Numbered from the stretch's first letter, positions 35,596 through 49,900 are shown. The stretch: DNA of 64,000 nucleotides from Monocercomonoides exilis PA203 (GCA_001643675.2 LSRY02000005.1:1364001-1428000), one strand, 5' to 3'. The notes: generated from the sequence alone by a model not told the origin. Program-made: numbers and translations.

Positions 35596-38500
35596 GGGTG
35601 ATTATTTTTGACTTCATAAAAAAGATCAAAAATCGAAAAAATAAAATCTCTTGTGGTATTTATTGATCAAAGAGTTTAATGGAATTTTTGTAAGTTTTTA
35701 GCTTTTTAAACTGTAATATATATTTGTTTTATTGTTTTATTTTAGAAAAAAACATACCTTTGTGTTTTGAAAGAAAAAGAATTTTTGATCAAGTTTAAAA
35801 AAATATTTTGCAAAAGAAAGAATAATCAAACTTTTAAAGGAAAATAATTATTTCCAAACAAGTTAAACATAATTTTATAAAGTAAAAATTTGAAAAAGAA
35901 CATTCATAATCGCACGAATACATTAAATTTGATTATTTCAAAGAAAATCCAATGAGTTTTTTGTTTATCCAGCTAAAAATTCATCACCAAGTTTCTGTTC
36001 CAGCCGTGCAGTTCAACGGACTTATCAAATGGAAATTGTGTTTAAAAGGAACCAACAATCAATCAGAACAACTGATTCAATCTTGTCATTTCTTTTTTAT
36101 TTCTTCGAATAAAATGCTCTTCCCACTTCATTTTCAATTTACAGCTCCTCTTCCTTCTGTTTCGAATCAATTTATCCAAATATTCCTTTTGAAAATACCG
36201 CTGATATTATTCACTTTCATTTTCAGTACTTTCTGCTCCATTCTTCTCGTTATGTTCATCAATTACTCTGACAACACTTGCATATCTCCGAAGAAACACG
36301 TGTTTTTTATCACCAAGTTCATCTGCTTCTTTGTTATCCAATATGTGTGTGAATGAGCATGAAGAATGGATGTGCATTTTGTGTGTGAATCCCTTGTCAC
36401 TTCTGTGAAAGAGACATTGTTCGCCTTCATGGGAAACATCACTCAGAAAGAAAACTCAGCTGTTGGACATGTCAGAAGCAATTGGAATTTCGATTAATAA
36501 ATCTTTATCAACGGGCATACAGCTAACAATGAATATGTAGATTATCATCTTGGCAACAAAGCAATGTATTGCTGGCTATCAAAGACGCCCTGAAAGAGGA
36601 CACAAACCTCGATGGATCTTCTGAAGAAAATGCAGAGCATTAGTTCGAGATTTTTGAGTGAGCTGATTTGTCTGTGGATTGGTTGTGTGATAACCAAATG
36701 GAAGAATGGAGTTTAAATAAAGTTGAAGAAGAAGAGGAAGCAACAATTGGAGAAAGTGTGGAAGTTCAGATGAAGTTGAATTGAAGCGAAACGGTTAATC
36801 CTCTTCTTTTCTGTCATAGAAAATCATTATTATTTCATTCACCACTCCTCAAATATCTTCTTTTCCATATAACTAATTAAATATCAAACGGAAAGTACCA
36901 TTCGTTGTCAAATGGAAAACTCCTTCTTTCCTTTCTTCAACTTTCTCTATTCATCATGAAACAGTTTTTCTCAAACGAATATTTGCTCAGTCACATTTGT
37001 AACGATTATCCAGTTAAACCACTCCCTCTTCTCCTTCAACATTACAATCACATTCAACAAGAATAACTTTCTCTTCTTCTTCTCCAACTTCTTCATTAAC
37101 TACTTCCACATTTATTTCATCTCCTTCATCTCCTTCATTTTCGACTTCTTCTTTTGTGAAGATTAATTCTCATTTAAAATATCCAAAATATATCTCTCCT
37201 TCTCTTTCCTCTTCTTCTCATTTGTTTTAGTCTTTTTCTTCTTCCTCTTCTTCTTTATCTTTTAGAGAATAAGAAGAAAATTATAAAGAAAAAGAAATAT
37301 TAATAGAAAGGAATATATCAAGACACAATTCTTCTCTTTCTTCTCTTTTTCTTTTCTCCCTCTTCTCCCTCTCCTTTCTTTCAACACATTAGAAATTAGT
37401 TCTTTATTCTCTTTTCTTTCTCAACTTGCACATTCTAAATACTTTCTCATTTCGCTCATATGCTGAATCTTCACTCTTCTGCGTCTTGTTGAAGCTTCGC
37501 GGAATTTTTGTTTCTTTTCTTTTACTTCCTCCAACGCTAAATGAGTTTAAATTATCGTTGAATTAACTTCATCCAGTTATCTTCTCTTCTCTCTGCTCTT
37601 ATTTTGCTTATATTCCATTGTTTTCGTATCAGCTTCATCTCTCTTTTCCTTTTTCTTATCTCTCATAAATATGTCTTCCACATTAAACTCATCTTTATCA
37701 TCATTATTATTTCTTTAATGATATCTTCTCCTTCCCTTCCTCCACTTCCTCTTTTTTCTTTTCAATCTCATCGTCCTATCAGATTGTTAAATTAGCTGAA
37801 TTTTGTGTTGTGTGTCAGAAGAATGACTTCTCACACCTGGAATAATAATATTCGCGAACATTTTTGCAATACAGGGGTCATCAGCAGAAAGTTGTTGTGC
37901 TGCTGATGCAGAAATCGATGATTGATCTGGTGATGGGGTTGCTAAAGGAGAACATCGAGATGAAGATATTTGGCTCATTGCTATGGTGAAAGTGCTGGAC
38001 AACTAGGAGACAACGACCTGGGGCTTCAGCTGTGCTCGCTGGACTGGCTGGTGAGGAAAATGCGAATAAATTCGCTGTTCAGGCCAAGAGAAAGAGAGTC
38101 ATTTTATATGTTAATTCCAAGTTGTGTGCTATTTGTGATGGTAATTTCGTTGTTGGATAATGTGTTGCTGAAGGAGTTTTGTTGAAGCTCGAAGTGCCTC
38201 TGCTTATTGAACATGCCTCAAGTGTCGCTGAAGAGCGAAAGCGGAAAACTGATAAGCTTTCAAGAGACAATGGAACCCCGCTCTGGGAAATGGTTTCTTT
38301 GGCTGTTCCACTTGCTGTGCTGCTGTTTCACTCGGATATGTTACCGCAGAGCTGATTCAGCGAGATGAAGGTGAAGAAAATGTGAATCATGCTTTGGAAG
38401 CTTTCTGGCTGATTTGTGACAGAAGAAGCAGAAGAAGAAGGAAATATGTACCACATGGGATCCGCCGAGGAGGCAGTAGAAGGAAGAGCGGGCAAATACG

Positions 38501-40813
38501 AAGGAAAAGCGACAGCTGGTGAGGATGCAGTTGTTGAAAATAGCGACAATAGCAATGAGAAAGATGTGGCGAAGTGAACAGGGACAAGATTTTCAGAGGT
38601 TCAATCGACTAGCACGTCAGCAAGAGAGATATGGGTGTCGAAGAAAAAGGAGGCGAAGATTCAGAAGGCGTTGTCGATGGTGCGGTAGAAATGGAGTACG
38701 ACTGCGAAGAGTGAAGCGCAGGAGGCAAGCGGGGAGCATCACGGCTGGCAAAGGAGACGATGTCTTGGTCGACGAATATCTGCTGGGTGCGTTAGAAGGT
38801 GATGAAGGGGAGAAGTTCGATATCTGCATCGAAATCCAAATCAAGATCGGTATGGGAGGAGTTGGAACTACAGTTTGAGGAGTTTGTGACGAGGGAGGGC
38901 TGTGTGAAGTTGATGGAAAGGAGGGACTCGTTGATCTGGGCAGGGATGGAGGAGCACAGAAAAAAAACATCCTTGCCCATAAAGGCAGCGTTCAAGGCGA
39001 AGTGGATGTTGAGGATGAAGAGAGAGGCAGAGGAGTTTGCATGCTTGGCATCGTTGACAAACAGCCCACAAACTCTTTCTGTTGTTTGGGAGCAGTTGTC
39101 CAGGTGGAGGATGCATGCTCACATCAACAGCAGCAATTTCTTGAAAAATAGAATAAATGATCGATATCCAGAGAGCAGTCCAGTACCCATATGCGCTGAA
39201 GTCCAAATCTGTTTCTCAGTCAACAAACACATTGCTGGTCATGTTGGTCCAGAAATATTCTACAGCAGGAAGGAATCTTGGAGCAGGATTTCTCCAGTTC
39301 GAATCCGTTGAGCTCGTCAAGGGAGCTCAGATTGGTGCTGGTTATGGTCCAGTTGAAATAATCGGTATCCACCTCAACCAACAGAATGCTATCCGACACA
39401 AACACCTTTTTTCTTTTCCACTCATCACATCCGGCAAACACAACCTCTTCAAGTGTAAACTGCTTGGCAGTATCTGCTGCTCCAAAGAGCACATCGCAAC
39501 CCAGTCCAGAACTTTGTTCCTGCCTCCATTTGTAGAAGCAGTTACTTCTTTGAAGGACGAATCATAAATCAGAAGGACAGCCTCTGTAGCCAGTTCAGCT
39601 GTAACATTACCTCCTCTGGCCTTCGTTTGGTCCCTCATTTCCTGACCTGCCTCGCCTCTTCTAACCCCTGTCATATTCACCTGCACGCCATCTCAGCTCC
39701 ACTTCTGCATGCGCTAAGAAATCAATTTTCTTCATTGAACAACTTTGCTGCCTTCACGATGTATTTATATAAACAAACAGCATGCCATTTTTTATTGCAT
39801 TTCGTAGTCGCTCAGCATCAAACTTTCAGATCCGAGTATTTTCAGCTTGAAACTCAACCTCTCCTCATCTCCAAGTTGCAAGCTGCGACTTGTGTTGCAC
39901 TATTAGCTTGGCTGTGTTGTTTTTGAAGCTGAGCAAGCAATTCGATGAACCAAAAGCTGTCTAACTTTGGGCTCAAAGATAAGTCAGAAAATTATTAATC
40001 ATCAGTTGATACAGTGTTGTCTGTGAATTTGGAAGATGGATAATTTTTTCAAAAAGGCAAGTGCAGAAAAGCAGTGGATGACGTTGTCAGTCAGACAATA
40101 GATGGTTAAACCAAAAAGGAGGAAGTGGAAGAAGTATCGTTGAAGAAGAAGCTTGAGGAAAATGAGAAGGAAGATGTATGGATGCCTGTGAGGAAATCAT
40201 AAATATGCTTAGGAAGAATAAGATTTATATGAAACTGAACTTCTTGAATTGCATTGCCTTTTCCTTTGCATTTTTAAAACATAATTTTTCAATAACATTT
40301 TTTGATCAGTTTATTTGGAAAAACACTTTTGGAAATTTATATCATTTAGAAAAACAAACATTACAAATTGTATTTTTATAAATGTTGTGCATTACAACAC
40401 ATTTATAATTCGAATTCTTTTGAAAATATGATATATTCAGCAAATTATTATGAAATTATTGAAACAAATTTCATATTTTCTTTTCAGAAACGTTGTTACA
40501 CATATTTTTTCGAAGAAGAAAAATGATTATGTTTTTGTGATAATTGTTAATTTATTTTTTTAAACTGGCAAACTTATGTTTTGTCTGTATGTTAAAGTTT
40601 TGAAATTTTTAGGATAACATTTTCTATTTTTTGAAAATATGAAATAAAAACGATTGGCAACAAATTTTATTCAATATGTATGTGATAATAATAATATTTC
40701 AATCAAGATATTAACATAATCATTTCTTTCATTTCACTTATCAATCCCACCCTTAATGAAAAAATTTTTTGATCAAACGTCGGAAATTTTTATGATATCA
40801 AAAAAAATCACCC
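35596..40813 (-). mobile_element. Decayed TIR DNA transposon copy A (5.2 kb), AT target duplication
   Basis: Left GGGTGATTATTTTTGACTTCATAAAAA, right TTTTTATGATATCAAAAAAAATCACCC, AT on both flanks. About 420 bp left and 90 bp right subterminal similarity to copy B. Interior is broken minus-strand coding-like sequence. Confidence 0.75.
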
Positions 40814-40875
40814 ATATTATGTTTGGATAAAATTATGAAAGATTTTTGAAAAAATATTTTTTAAATTTGATATAT

Positions 40876-41115
40876 GGGTGATTCTTTTTGAAAAGTCGCA
40901 AATGTTTTATATTCAAATAAATTAAAATTTTCTTATTTTTTTATAATTTTAATTCACTCATTCAAAACTTTTCCAATATGAAATTTATTTCTTGATAATG
41001 CTATTTCAAACATTCTTAAGAAGATTTGTGAGTGGAAACAGAATAATGAGCAAAATCTGAATTTTTTGTTTAATTGGAAAATAAAACATTTGCGACTTTT
41101 CAAAAAGAATAACAC
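40876..41115. mobile_element. MITE family 2 (240 bp), AT flanks on both sides
   Basis: TIR GGGTGATTCTTTTTGAAAAGTCGCAAATGTTTTAT / ATAAAACATTTGCGACTTTTCAAAAAGAATAACAC. Confidence 0.85.
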
Positions 41116-41189
41116 ATATATATTTTTTCTTGTTGATTTCTTATTAAAGAAAGCAACGATAAAAGCATGAGGCAAATAACTGACCGTAT

Positions 41190-41392
41190 GGCTGATCCTT
41201 TTTGAAATCATGCTTTCGTTCGAGTTTTGATCAGAATTTTAATCTCAATGGGATTTTGAAGAAAATGAACAACAACAGTTTCTTCATTCAGCACATGATG
41301 ATGCTTTAAAAAAAATATTTTTTCAAAATCCCATTGAGATTAATAATTTGAACAAAACTCGAACGAAAGTTTGATTTCAAAAAGGATCAGCC
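41190..41392. mobile_element. MITE family 1 (203 bp), about 70-bp TIRs, AT flanks on both sides
   Basis: GGCTGATCCTTTTTGAAATCA...AATCTCAATGGGATTTTGAA and TTCAAAATCCCATTGAGATT...TGATTTCAAAAAGGATCAGCC are near-perfect inverted repeats. Confidence 0.88.
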
Positions 41393-41632
41393 ATATATCA
41401 TTTTATTCTAAAGTCGATATGGAAAACAAGAAAATCTGTCCAGTTCAAATAAAAAATGCTTATCATTGAATTTCAATCTCAAACATCTTTTAATTTTGTG
41501 CTCAAGCAATTGACAATATTCAATTAATATTTTTTTCCACGAAAATATTGAGTTTGTTAATTTCTGTATGAATATATCAAAGTGATAAATAACTGAAATT
41601 TGAAAACAAAACAAAACAAATAAATGTGACAT

Positions 41633-44600
41633 GGGTGATTTTTTTTGACATCATTAAAAAAGATCAAAAATTGAAAAGAAAAAATCAATAGTGGTATATA
41701 TTGATCAAAAAGTTAAATTGAATTTTTGTTAGTATTTTGCTTTTATTGCTATCATATATATTTGTAAAATTCATAAGAACAAAAAAACATACCTTTTTTA
41801 TGTTTTAAGTGAAAAAGAAAATTTTGATCATGTTTAATAAAAATAAACCAAAAACAAATACTGAAACTTCTAAAAGGAAAATAGTCATATCATAATTGGA
41901 AAAACAAAACTTATAAAGAAAATTTATATTTATTGAACAATGTTGATGGATTTTTATGTACAAAATAAACTTTCTTCAAATAACATGCATTGAGTTTTGT
42001 TTTCATTGAGGTAAAACTTCATCACCAACTTCCTGCTACAGCTGAGCAGTTCAACGACTTATTATAACAACGAAAGGAATGGAGGCGAAACAATAATGGA
42101 TGATCACAATAGAGTCAATCTCACTTTTCTCTCCTTTTTATTTTTATGAACAAATTTCTAACTTTCTTCTTCATCTGCTGCCCATTTTTCTTGCTTTTCT
42201 GCTCCACTTCATTAATATCCCCCATTTGAAAATGTTGCCCTTGTTGTTTTCTTTTATATATATTGTTTTCCTAATAAAAGTTTCATAACACTTCTTAATC
42301 ACTTTAACGAAAAAAGAACTTGTTAATTTTTTTCAGCGAATTTACCTCGTTCATTTTCTTTTTATCTTCTCCTCTCAATCAGCTCCCTCTTCCTCAACCA
42401 CACATTCATCACCAGTTTCAATTTTAACAACCTCAGCATATTCCACCTCACCTCTCTCGCAAGTCCTTTCTTCCTTAACTCCTTTCACAACTCCAACAGT
42501 TCCATGAGCAGCGTAAATTTGGCACACAGAAACTAGCAAACATCGGAAGGCGAACACTTTCCTTGACGTGAAGATCATCCGGTTCCGCGTGATTGAAGAG
42601 GTGACCGAAGGAAAAAGAAGAAGATGAGGAAGAGGAAGAAACAATAGCAGCAGAAATATCATGAGATAATGCAATATATCAAGAAGAGAGGAGAATGTAG
42701 TTAACAGAAGGGTTCAAGCAAGCACTGGACGAGACCGAATCAATAGCCCATTCAGAAAATGACTCAGAAACAGAAGAAGAAGTTGAAGAAGAAGATGAAT
42801 GAGAAGACGAATGATAATTGGCTGCTATTGTGGCTGAGGAGTTGGTGTGTGTGATAGAACAAGCAGATACAGCTGTGCTCGCATCTGACAAAACATCCAA
42901 TTCTTTGGAAGAGATTGAGTGATGTTTCTTGGAAGAAAAAGTTAAATTCTCTGATTTTTGGCAAATTTATTTTTCTTATTCTTGTTATTCTTCTTCTTCT
43001 TCTTTTCTTCTTCTTTCTTCTTCTTTTTTCACTTTTTTCACTTTTTTCTCTTTCTTCTCTATCTTCTCTTTCTTCTCTTTCTTCTCTTTCTTCTTTTTCT
43101 TTTTCTTCTTTCATTTCAATTAGTTTCTTCGTTTTCTGCTAAAAAAGAGAATGTCTATTGAAATGAGTGTGTTTTCAATGAGGATTGATGAGAAAGTTGT
43201 TTGATGATTGACGGCTGTGTGATCTATGAATAATCAGCCTTTGAATATGAAGAAGAAGATGGAGGAGAAGAAGAATGAAGAGAAGAAGAATGAAGAGAAG
43301 AAGAGAGAGAGAAAGAAGGAGAAGGAGAGGAAGAGTGAGAGGAAGAATGAGTTTGTGAAAGAGAACGGGGAAATGAATGGAAAGAAGGAGAAGGAGGAAA
43401 AGAAGAGGAAAAGGAGAGGAAGAAGACATGTTCGATAAAAAGGCAGTGCTTGGGCTGGATATGTCGAAGGACTTCTGTGTGAGTGAAGAAGAGTCTGTGG
43501 CAGGAGATGAAGGAGTGAGTGGCTTTGGAGGAGTGCCAACAAGAACAGAAGGGGCAGACAATTGTGTGTGTGGCAAGGGAGAAAAAGGAGGAGAAGCAAA
43601 TGTTGAGGAGGCTGTGATGTTTTGAGTGTGCAGCTGGGCAGATGAGAGTGTGCTGCCGAACGAGTAAAATGTTTGCTGCTGTTCATCATCATTTTCATCA
43701 CCTCCTCCTCCTCCTTCTCTTCCCCTTCCCCTTCCCCTTCCCCTTCCTTTCTGTTGCTGCCTGCACCAGCCTTGTGTCGAAAGTGTCAATTTGCGATGTT
43801 CAAAACTCGTCTTTCTTCTTCTTCTTCGTCTTCGCCTTTGGCTCTTCCTGCTGTCTCCCTTTCCTCTGCTCGGAACTCAATTTGCCACTGTTCTCCGCTC
43901 TCATTGCCTCTTTCATTTGATAGCGCACTCCTCGCTCTTCGCTTCTTGGCGGTGTCATAAAGTGAGTGGATTATTGCGATGTGCTGGCAGCCCCTTCCCC
44001 TTCCTACCCCCATTTCTCTTCTCATTTCCGTTCACCTCATTCACTGGAGCTTGTGTACTGAAGAAGAACGAGCTCCTTTAGCAGAGTAAGATGAACCGCT
44101 GTTGAATAGGAAATCCGTTCAAATGCACAACCTGAAATCCAATAGAACACATCGACAGTGATGATGATGAAGAGTATAAAGAAAAAGGAGGAGGATAGGA
44201 AGAAGAAGAAGAAGAAGAAGAAGAAGAAGAAGAAGAAGCAATATTTGACTGAAGAAGATTCTGTGTGTTTTTGGCTATGCTGTTCATATCATGTGTGCTA
44301 GTCGCTGAATAAGCATGTGAATCGTGAGGAAGCGAATTTTGTGTTCGTAAACCGAAAAATGAGGAAGATGATCGATTGAATGAAGGAGGATTATCGGAAG
44401 AAGACGAAGACGAAGACGAAGTTCAAGTGAAAAAATGTGAATATTTGTGGTGATAGAGAAATGCGCAACCACTCAAATAACATTTCTGAAATAAATGATG
44501 AGAACACTTTGCGTGATGTCGTTGATTGGCCAAAACATCTCGCTTGATGTCTAAACTTCAGATTGGTCAGAAAAACTCAACCACAAAATCTATTGCAACA

Positions 44601-46151
44601 GATTTTTGTGAATCAATAATGTTGGTTTTCCACAAATCATTTGTCTTCTTTCTGTGACTTCACCTCCTTTCACCTCAAAAATAGAAAATGATAATATCAC
44701 TCAATTCCATTTTCCTTTCCATTCCCCTCTTCCATTCAACCCCCAAAATCATCAGAAAATATCAATCCCCTCCTTTTCTTCATCTTTCCCTGTCTCTTCC
44801 AAAATATCTTCTCCTTTCATAAAAATTACCCCCTTTTCATATGAATATTTCTCATTTTCCTTCTTCTTTCCCGCTTTTATCCTCTTTTCTTTCTTTTCAA
44901 ATTCCATTTCTCCAATCAACAATAAGCCCTCTTTCATCATCTCCAACCACTTCTCTACATATTTTCTACATTTTCCTCTACAAATTTCCACCTGCTCTTC
45001 TCCACCTTTTTGTCTCAGAATTTCTTTCATTCAAAAACCCCTCTTGAAAGATTAACATTTCATAAAATACTCAACATCCACCCCCTGCCACAAATAATCC
45101 TCTTCCATCACTCGTATGCCCCATATCCCTCATGTGCAAGGTGTTGATGAGATAAACCTCAAATACTGTTTTGTATTGTTGAGAATATTATTAAAGGAGA
45201 TTATCATGACAAAAACAAAAAAAAACACCTCTGGACAGCCACCACAATGTGGTTGGATTGAGAAGACCCTCCAGTGAGATATATGAAATATTTTGTGGGT
45301 ATGCATTCCGTGCTGCAATTTGACCATTCTGAGGCTGAAATGAAGAGATTGATTTATTTTTGAAATGATGATGGCTGTGGAAATGAGTGTGTTTGGAGAA
45401 AAACAGTCGAAGAGCAGTTTGGTCTTTATTTATTTTTCTATATATGAATATTTATCTGTTGACTGTTTTTGTGTTGTTTTCAGTGCAGAAGGTGGAAATG
45501 AATGAAAATGAATGAAAGCGGAATATCTCGTTGTGCAGGGTGAGTATGGAGTTCGGACAGCGAATTAGTGAGGAAAGTGCACAGGATGAAGGGATTTGGA
45601 TGTGAATTGGAGATGATATTTTTGGAATAAGAAGTTTTTTGATGATGAGTGTGGAAATGAGTAAAATACATAAATTTTACATTATTCAGAAGAGAAAGAT
45701 AACGAAACAGTTGAAAGAGAAGCGAATGTGGGTGAATCAACTATGAAAATTATTTATTGTCAAAAATTGATTGATTTTTTCTATTATTTGTTGATTTTAA
45801 CCAATCAATTCTTTTTTCATCAATAACATTTTTCTGCAAATTTTTCAAAAGATATTTATTGAATAATTTATCTAAATTGTTGCATTCATATTTTATTTGC
45901 GGTTAATTAATTGTTTAATTCTGTTTATTAGAGTTTTGTAACTTTTTGGATATGTTTAATGAATTTTTTTCAAATTTTGAAGCAAAAACAATTAGAAACA
46001 AATTAAAATTAATTAATAAATAACAACAACTATATACAAAGCAATATTTTTGAATGATCATCACTTTCATTTATCTTTTTTAACCAACCCTTAATGAAAT
46101 AAATTTTTGATCAAACGTCGGAATTTTTTATGATATCAAAAAAAATCACCC
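41633..46151 (-). mobile_element. Decayed TIR DNA transposon copy B (4.5 kb)
   Basis: Left GGGTGATTTTTTTTGACATCATTAAAAA, right TTTTTATGATATCAAAAAAAATCACCC, flanks AT/AC. Subterminal blocks are homologous to copy A, e.g. TTGATCAAACGTCGGAA and TTCATCACCAA..GCAGTTCAACG. Confidence 0.75.
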
Positions 46152-46916
46152 ACATTACAAATCAAAAATAACTCAACATATATGCATATGTATGTGCAAT
46201 TTATCTTATTTGTTTCTGCGCAAGCACTTTGAAAGCACACATCGCAGCAATACTGGGAAATACAGCGTGAATACAAATTATTATACAAATTGAAATAAGT
46301 GATAATAATTTTCGTATGAATTCACAAATAATTGCAGAATATATGAAGAAAATGGAGGATGAATTCTCACAAAAAAAAAAAAAAAATGTTTCCAATATTT
46401 TGAAAAGAAATAATATTCAAAAAATTAACAGAAGTGATCTGATTAACGCAATTTTCAAAAAACAGAAAACTATTCAAAAAAATTGCATAAACTAAAATCA
46501 CTTGAATACACTGTTTTGGAGTTACAAGAAAGAAAGTTAGAAAATCACATGTTTCATTCAAGAAATCTCCTTGATGTACTTTTTTTCATTGCGTCAGATT
46601 TCAAGATTGGATGTTTGATCATCAGGCCATGAAGCCATATCAGCAAAGAAAAACATATCATGCAATTATTCGAAGCCTCTTCTTCAAAACATCAAAAACC
46701 GTGACTTCGTCCAACTTTCTCTCCAAAAATATCAATCCTCCTTATCAACTTTCACTGTTCTTTCTCTTCTTATTATTTTCTCCATTTTGGTGAAATCTTT
46801 TTGTCTTTAGAATCTTTCTCATTTTCAAATGCTTGCTTGACTTTCTACCTTATTCTGAATCTTTCAATCCCACAAAAGCAATGTTTTTATCCTTTCATAT
46901 TTTCTCTCCCGTTCTC

Positions 46917-49900
46917 TTATATTTTGACACTCACATCCTGTCTTTGCTCCTCGTCTTTCATTTTTGAGGAAACATCATCTGCAAGTGAAATGAGTTCGCT
47001 TCCATCTTCTGTTGAACCATGCCCATCATTCTCGCTTGAGCTTTCCTCAATCCTGATTGCATCAGTCATCGTGATCATCGTAGCACCTGCTGGAAACTTC
47101 TCGAAAAACTCACGTTTCAGATGAGTCAGCATTGGTCTGCTTTCTTCATCATTCAGCATGCATTTCTTCACAATCTCCTTCAAAGAACTTCCTGTGATTA
47201 TGCTCATATCTGGCCTCTCATCATTCGCAATCTTCTGCCCCGCCACCTCTCCCTCATAATCGCCAAACGGGATCTGCAGCGTCAAGCACTCCCACAGCAT
47301 CATCCCAATCGAGAATACCACTGACTCCTTGGTTGCTCCCATCTTCTTGTTCATCAACAGCTCTGGTGCTTTCCATCTCAAAAACTCTTTTCTGGTGTTT
47401 TCATCATCCTCAAACGCAGATGATGGAGGTGGAGAATCGGTGAATCTTTCGCTCATCAATGAAATATTGGACGAAGAAGAAACAATTGTCAATGATGAGA
47501 TCGAGGATGAATCTGAACTATCATCAGAAGAACAGTCTGAGTGCATCGCAATGCAGATCACCATATGTTCGGAGAATAGCACAATGTGAGGACTCAGATT
47601 GGCCAGTGAAGAAAGAGGGTTTTCCATCTCGTCAAATGAATGAAGAGCTCCGTTTGCCACCCAGAACAAGATTTGGGCAGCCGTCTGCTCCCTCTCTTTC
47701 AATGAGCCAATCGCCATCTCTTTCTTCTCGTTCCTCCCATGCAGCAGCATGAACAAAGAATCCCTCAAATCCACAATCAGCTTCTCGTGTGGTGATGAAC
47801 ATGCCATTGCATCCACCAGATTCGACATGGAAGAGGTGGTGGGACACAGACTCTCCCCTCGAACAAATGTTGAATCTGAGTCTGTTGTTGAAGTGGATGA
47901 AATAGAAGGAGATGGCGATCTCTTTCTTGTTTCCTCTTCTTCTTCTTTCTCATCAGCCTTCTCCAGCATCCATTCAGGAATCTTGTCTGAATCTTTTCCC
48001 AATATATATTCAGTTGAACCACTCTCAGATAGAAGATACTCTTCAGATTCTGAATGCACCATCTCCTTTCCATTTATCCTTTTCTTTATCCTCTCTTCAT
48101 TCTTTTTCTCTGCCTCTCTTTCTGCTCTCCTCCACTGCTCTTCCGGTGACATCTCCATTGTCACCATCTCAATCAGTTTCGGATCCTTCTTCACTGTATC
48201 GTTCACAATCTCTTCCAATTCCTCTGTCCTTTCCTTTGCCTTTTTCCATCGAACAACAAATAAAATAAATCCAATGAGGACAATCAAGAACAACACAGCC
48301 AATATAACAACAATTAGAGGCCATATCGATTTTCCTTCTTTTCCTCCTTCAACATTTCTTTCATCTCCTTTTGGCTCAACCTCGCTTCTGTTCTTCAGAA
48401 TGAATGAATTTGTTGATGAAGGATTCTCTGCATCTCCAAACAAAATATGAACGCTCACTTCGATTTCATTTCCACAACTGCTGATGAGATCTTTTGCAAC
48501 ACTTCCTTCAACTTCTTTTTCTGACAAGAATCTATTTTCATCAAAATCATATTTTTCAATCTCTTTCTCTTCTCCTTTCCTCTTCACAATTGAGAAGGTC
48601 AGATTGCATGGAACAAGAAGCAATCCTTTAAATGTCAGCTTCATTCTATTTGCCTCTTCTTTTGCTTCAACACTTTCCAGAACAGGAATGAAAAATGATG
48701 AATCCCTTTCTGAAACAATCCCTTCAAAACTGCACCCATCATTCAACATCCAAAGAGAAGTGTTTGGCAAAACTCCATCTCCTCCTTTCAAACTCCTCAC
48801 ATTCAATGTTCCTGAATCTGAACAGATGATATTTCTTCTCAGCGATGGATATCCTTCAAAAGTTGGATTATTGTTCTCAAATCTTCCATCATTAACAATC
48901 ATTTCACCTCCGCTCATTGTAATTCCTCCTTCCGCTGAATTTGATAATGTTGTATCTTTCATCATCACAGAACTCCTTACAATATTCACAAGAGATCCAT
49001 CCCATCTGCACATCTCTTCTCCCTCATTGAATGTCTGTTCATTTCTTTTATTTGAACTTCCATCAAATATGCAATTATCTATTTCCACATCCACGCAATC
49101 CTCCACTTTCATCAATTTTCCTTTTGTAGTCTGTGAATTGATTCCACCCATTGTGCAATTTGTCAACTGCACTGCCTTTTTCATTGCCAAGCAAGATATC
49201 AATGATTCTTCATTTCCTTCAACTGTGATATTCTCTGTATTGAAATCCTTGATTGTTAATTGACCACATTCATTTATTTCTATCAGAGAAGTTTCTATTG
49301 TCGAATTGCAAATCGTTAATGAATCAATCACTGATGGAAGTGGTGATGAAAGATATAATGCAGATTTATGAAGAATGAGATTATTCACTTTGCATTCCAT
49401 AAGTTGTAATTCTCCTTTTGCCATGTTGAAAATGTGAAATGGAATGTTTGCAAATACAACATTTTCTCCTTCAGTCAATTGTTTTGTTGTGAAAGAGCAA
49501 TTCATTATTTCAAGAATCTCTCCTTCTGGTGATATCAGTGATTCATGTGAAGAAATGAAATTTGAATCAAACACAAAATTCACCCTCACCAATGAGACTG
49601 TCCCTGTTGTTGTCACCAATACACTTCTTGTTTTTCCAATATTTGACTTCACTTCAACTTCACAATTTTCTCTGTTCCTTGAACTCAGGCTCATTTCCTC
49701 CAGATTTATCTCTTCACCAATCACGCTCTCTGCAACAACAATCATTACACTCATAAAATCTGAAGTCAGATGCATCAGCCCATAATCAATTGAATAACAT
49801 GGAAGTGTGTTTGTTCCACATTGCCTCTCATCCGACCCACTCACACTGCTCACAATGATTGTGTCACTCTGATGGATCGTCACAAAATCAATCAGATCTG

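Noticed and set aside
33631-46151. CRISPR array or structured ncRNA explanation for the repeats and hairpins
   Set aside because: There are no regularly spaced direct repeats. The inverted repeats are terminal, dispersed, occur in both orientations and carry short flanking duplications, which fits MITEs.
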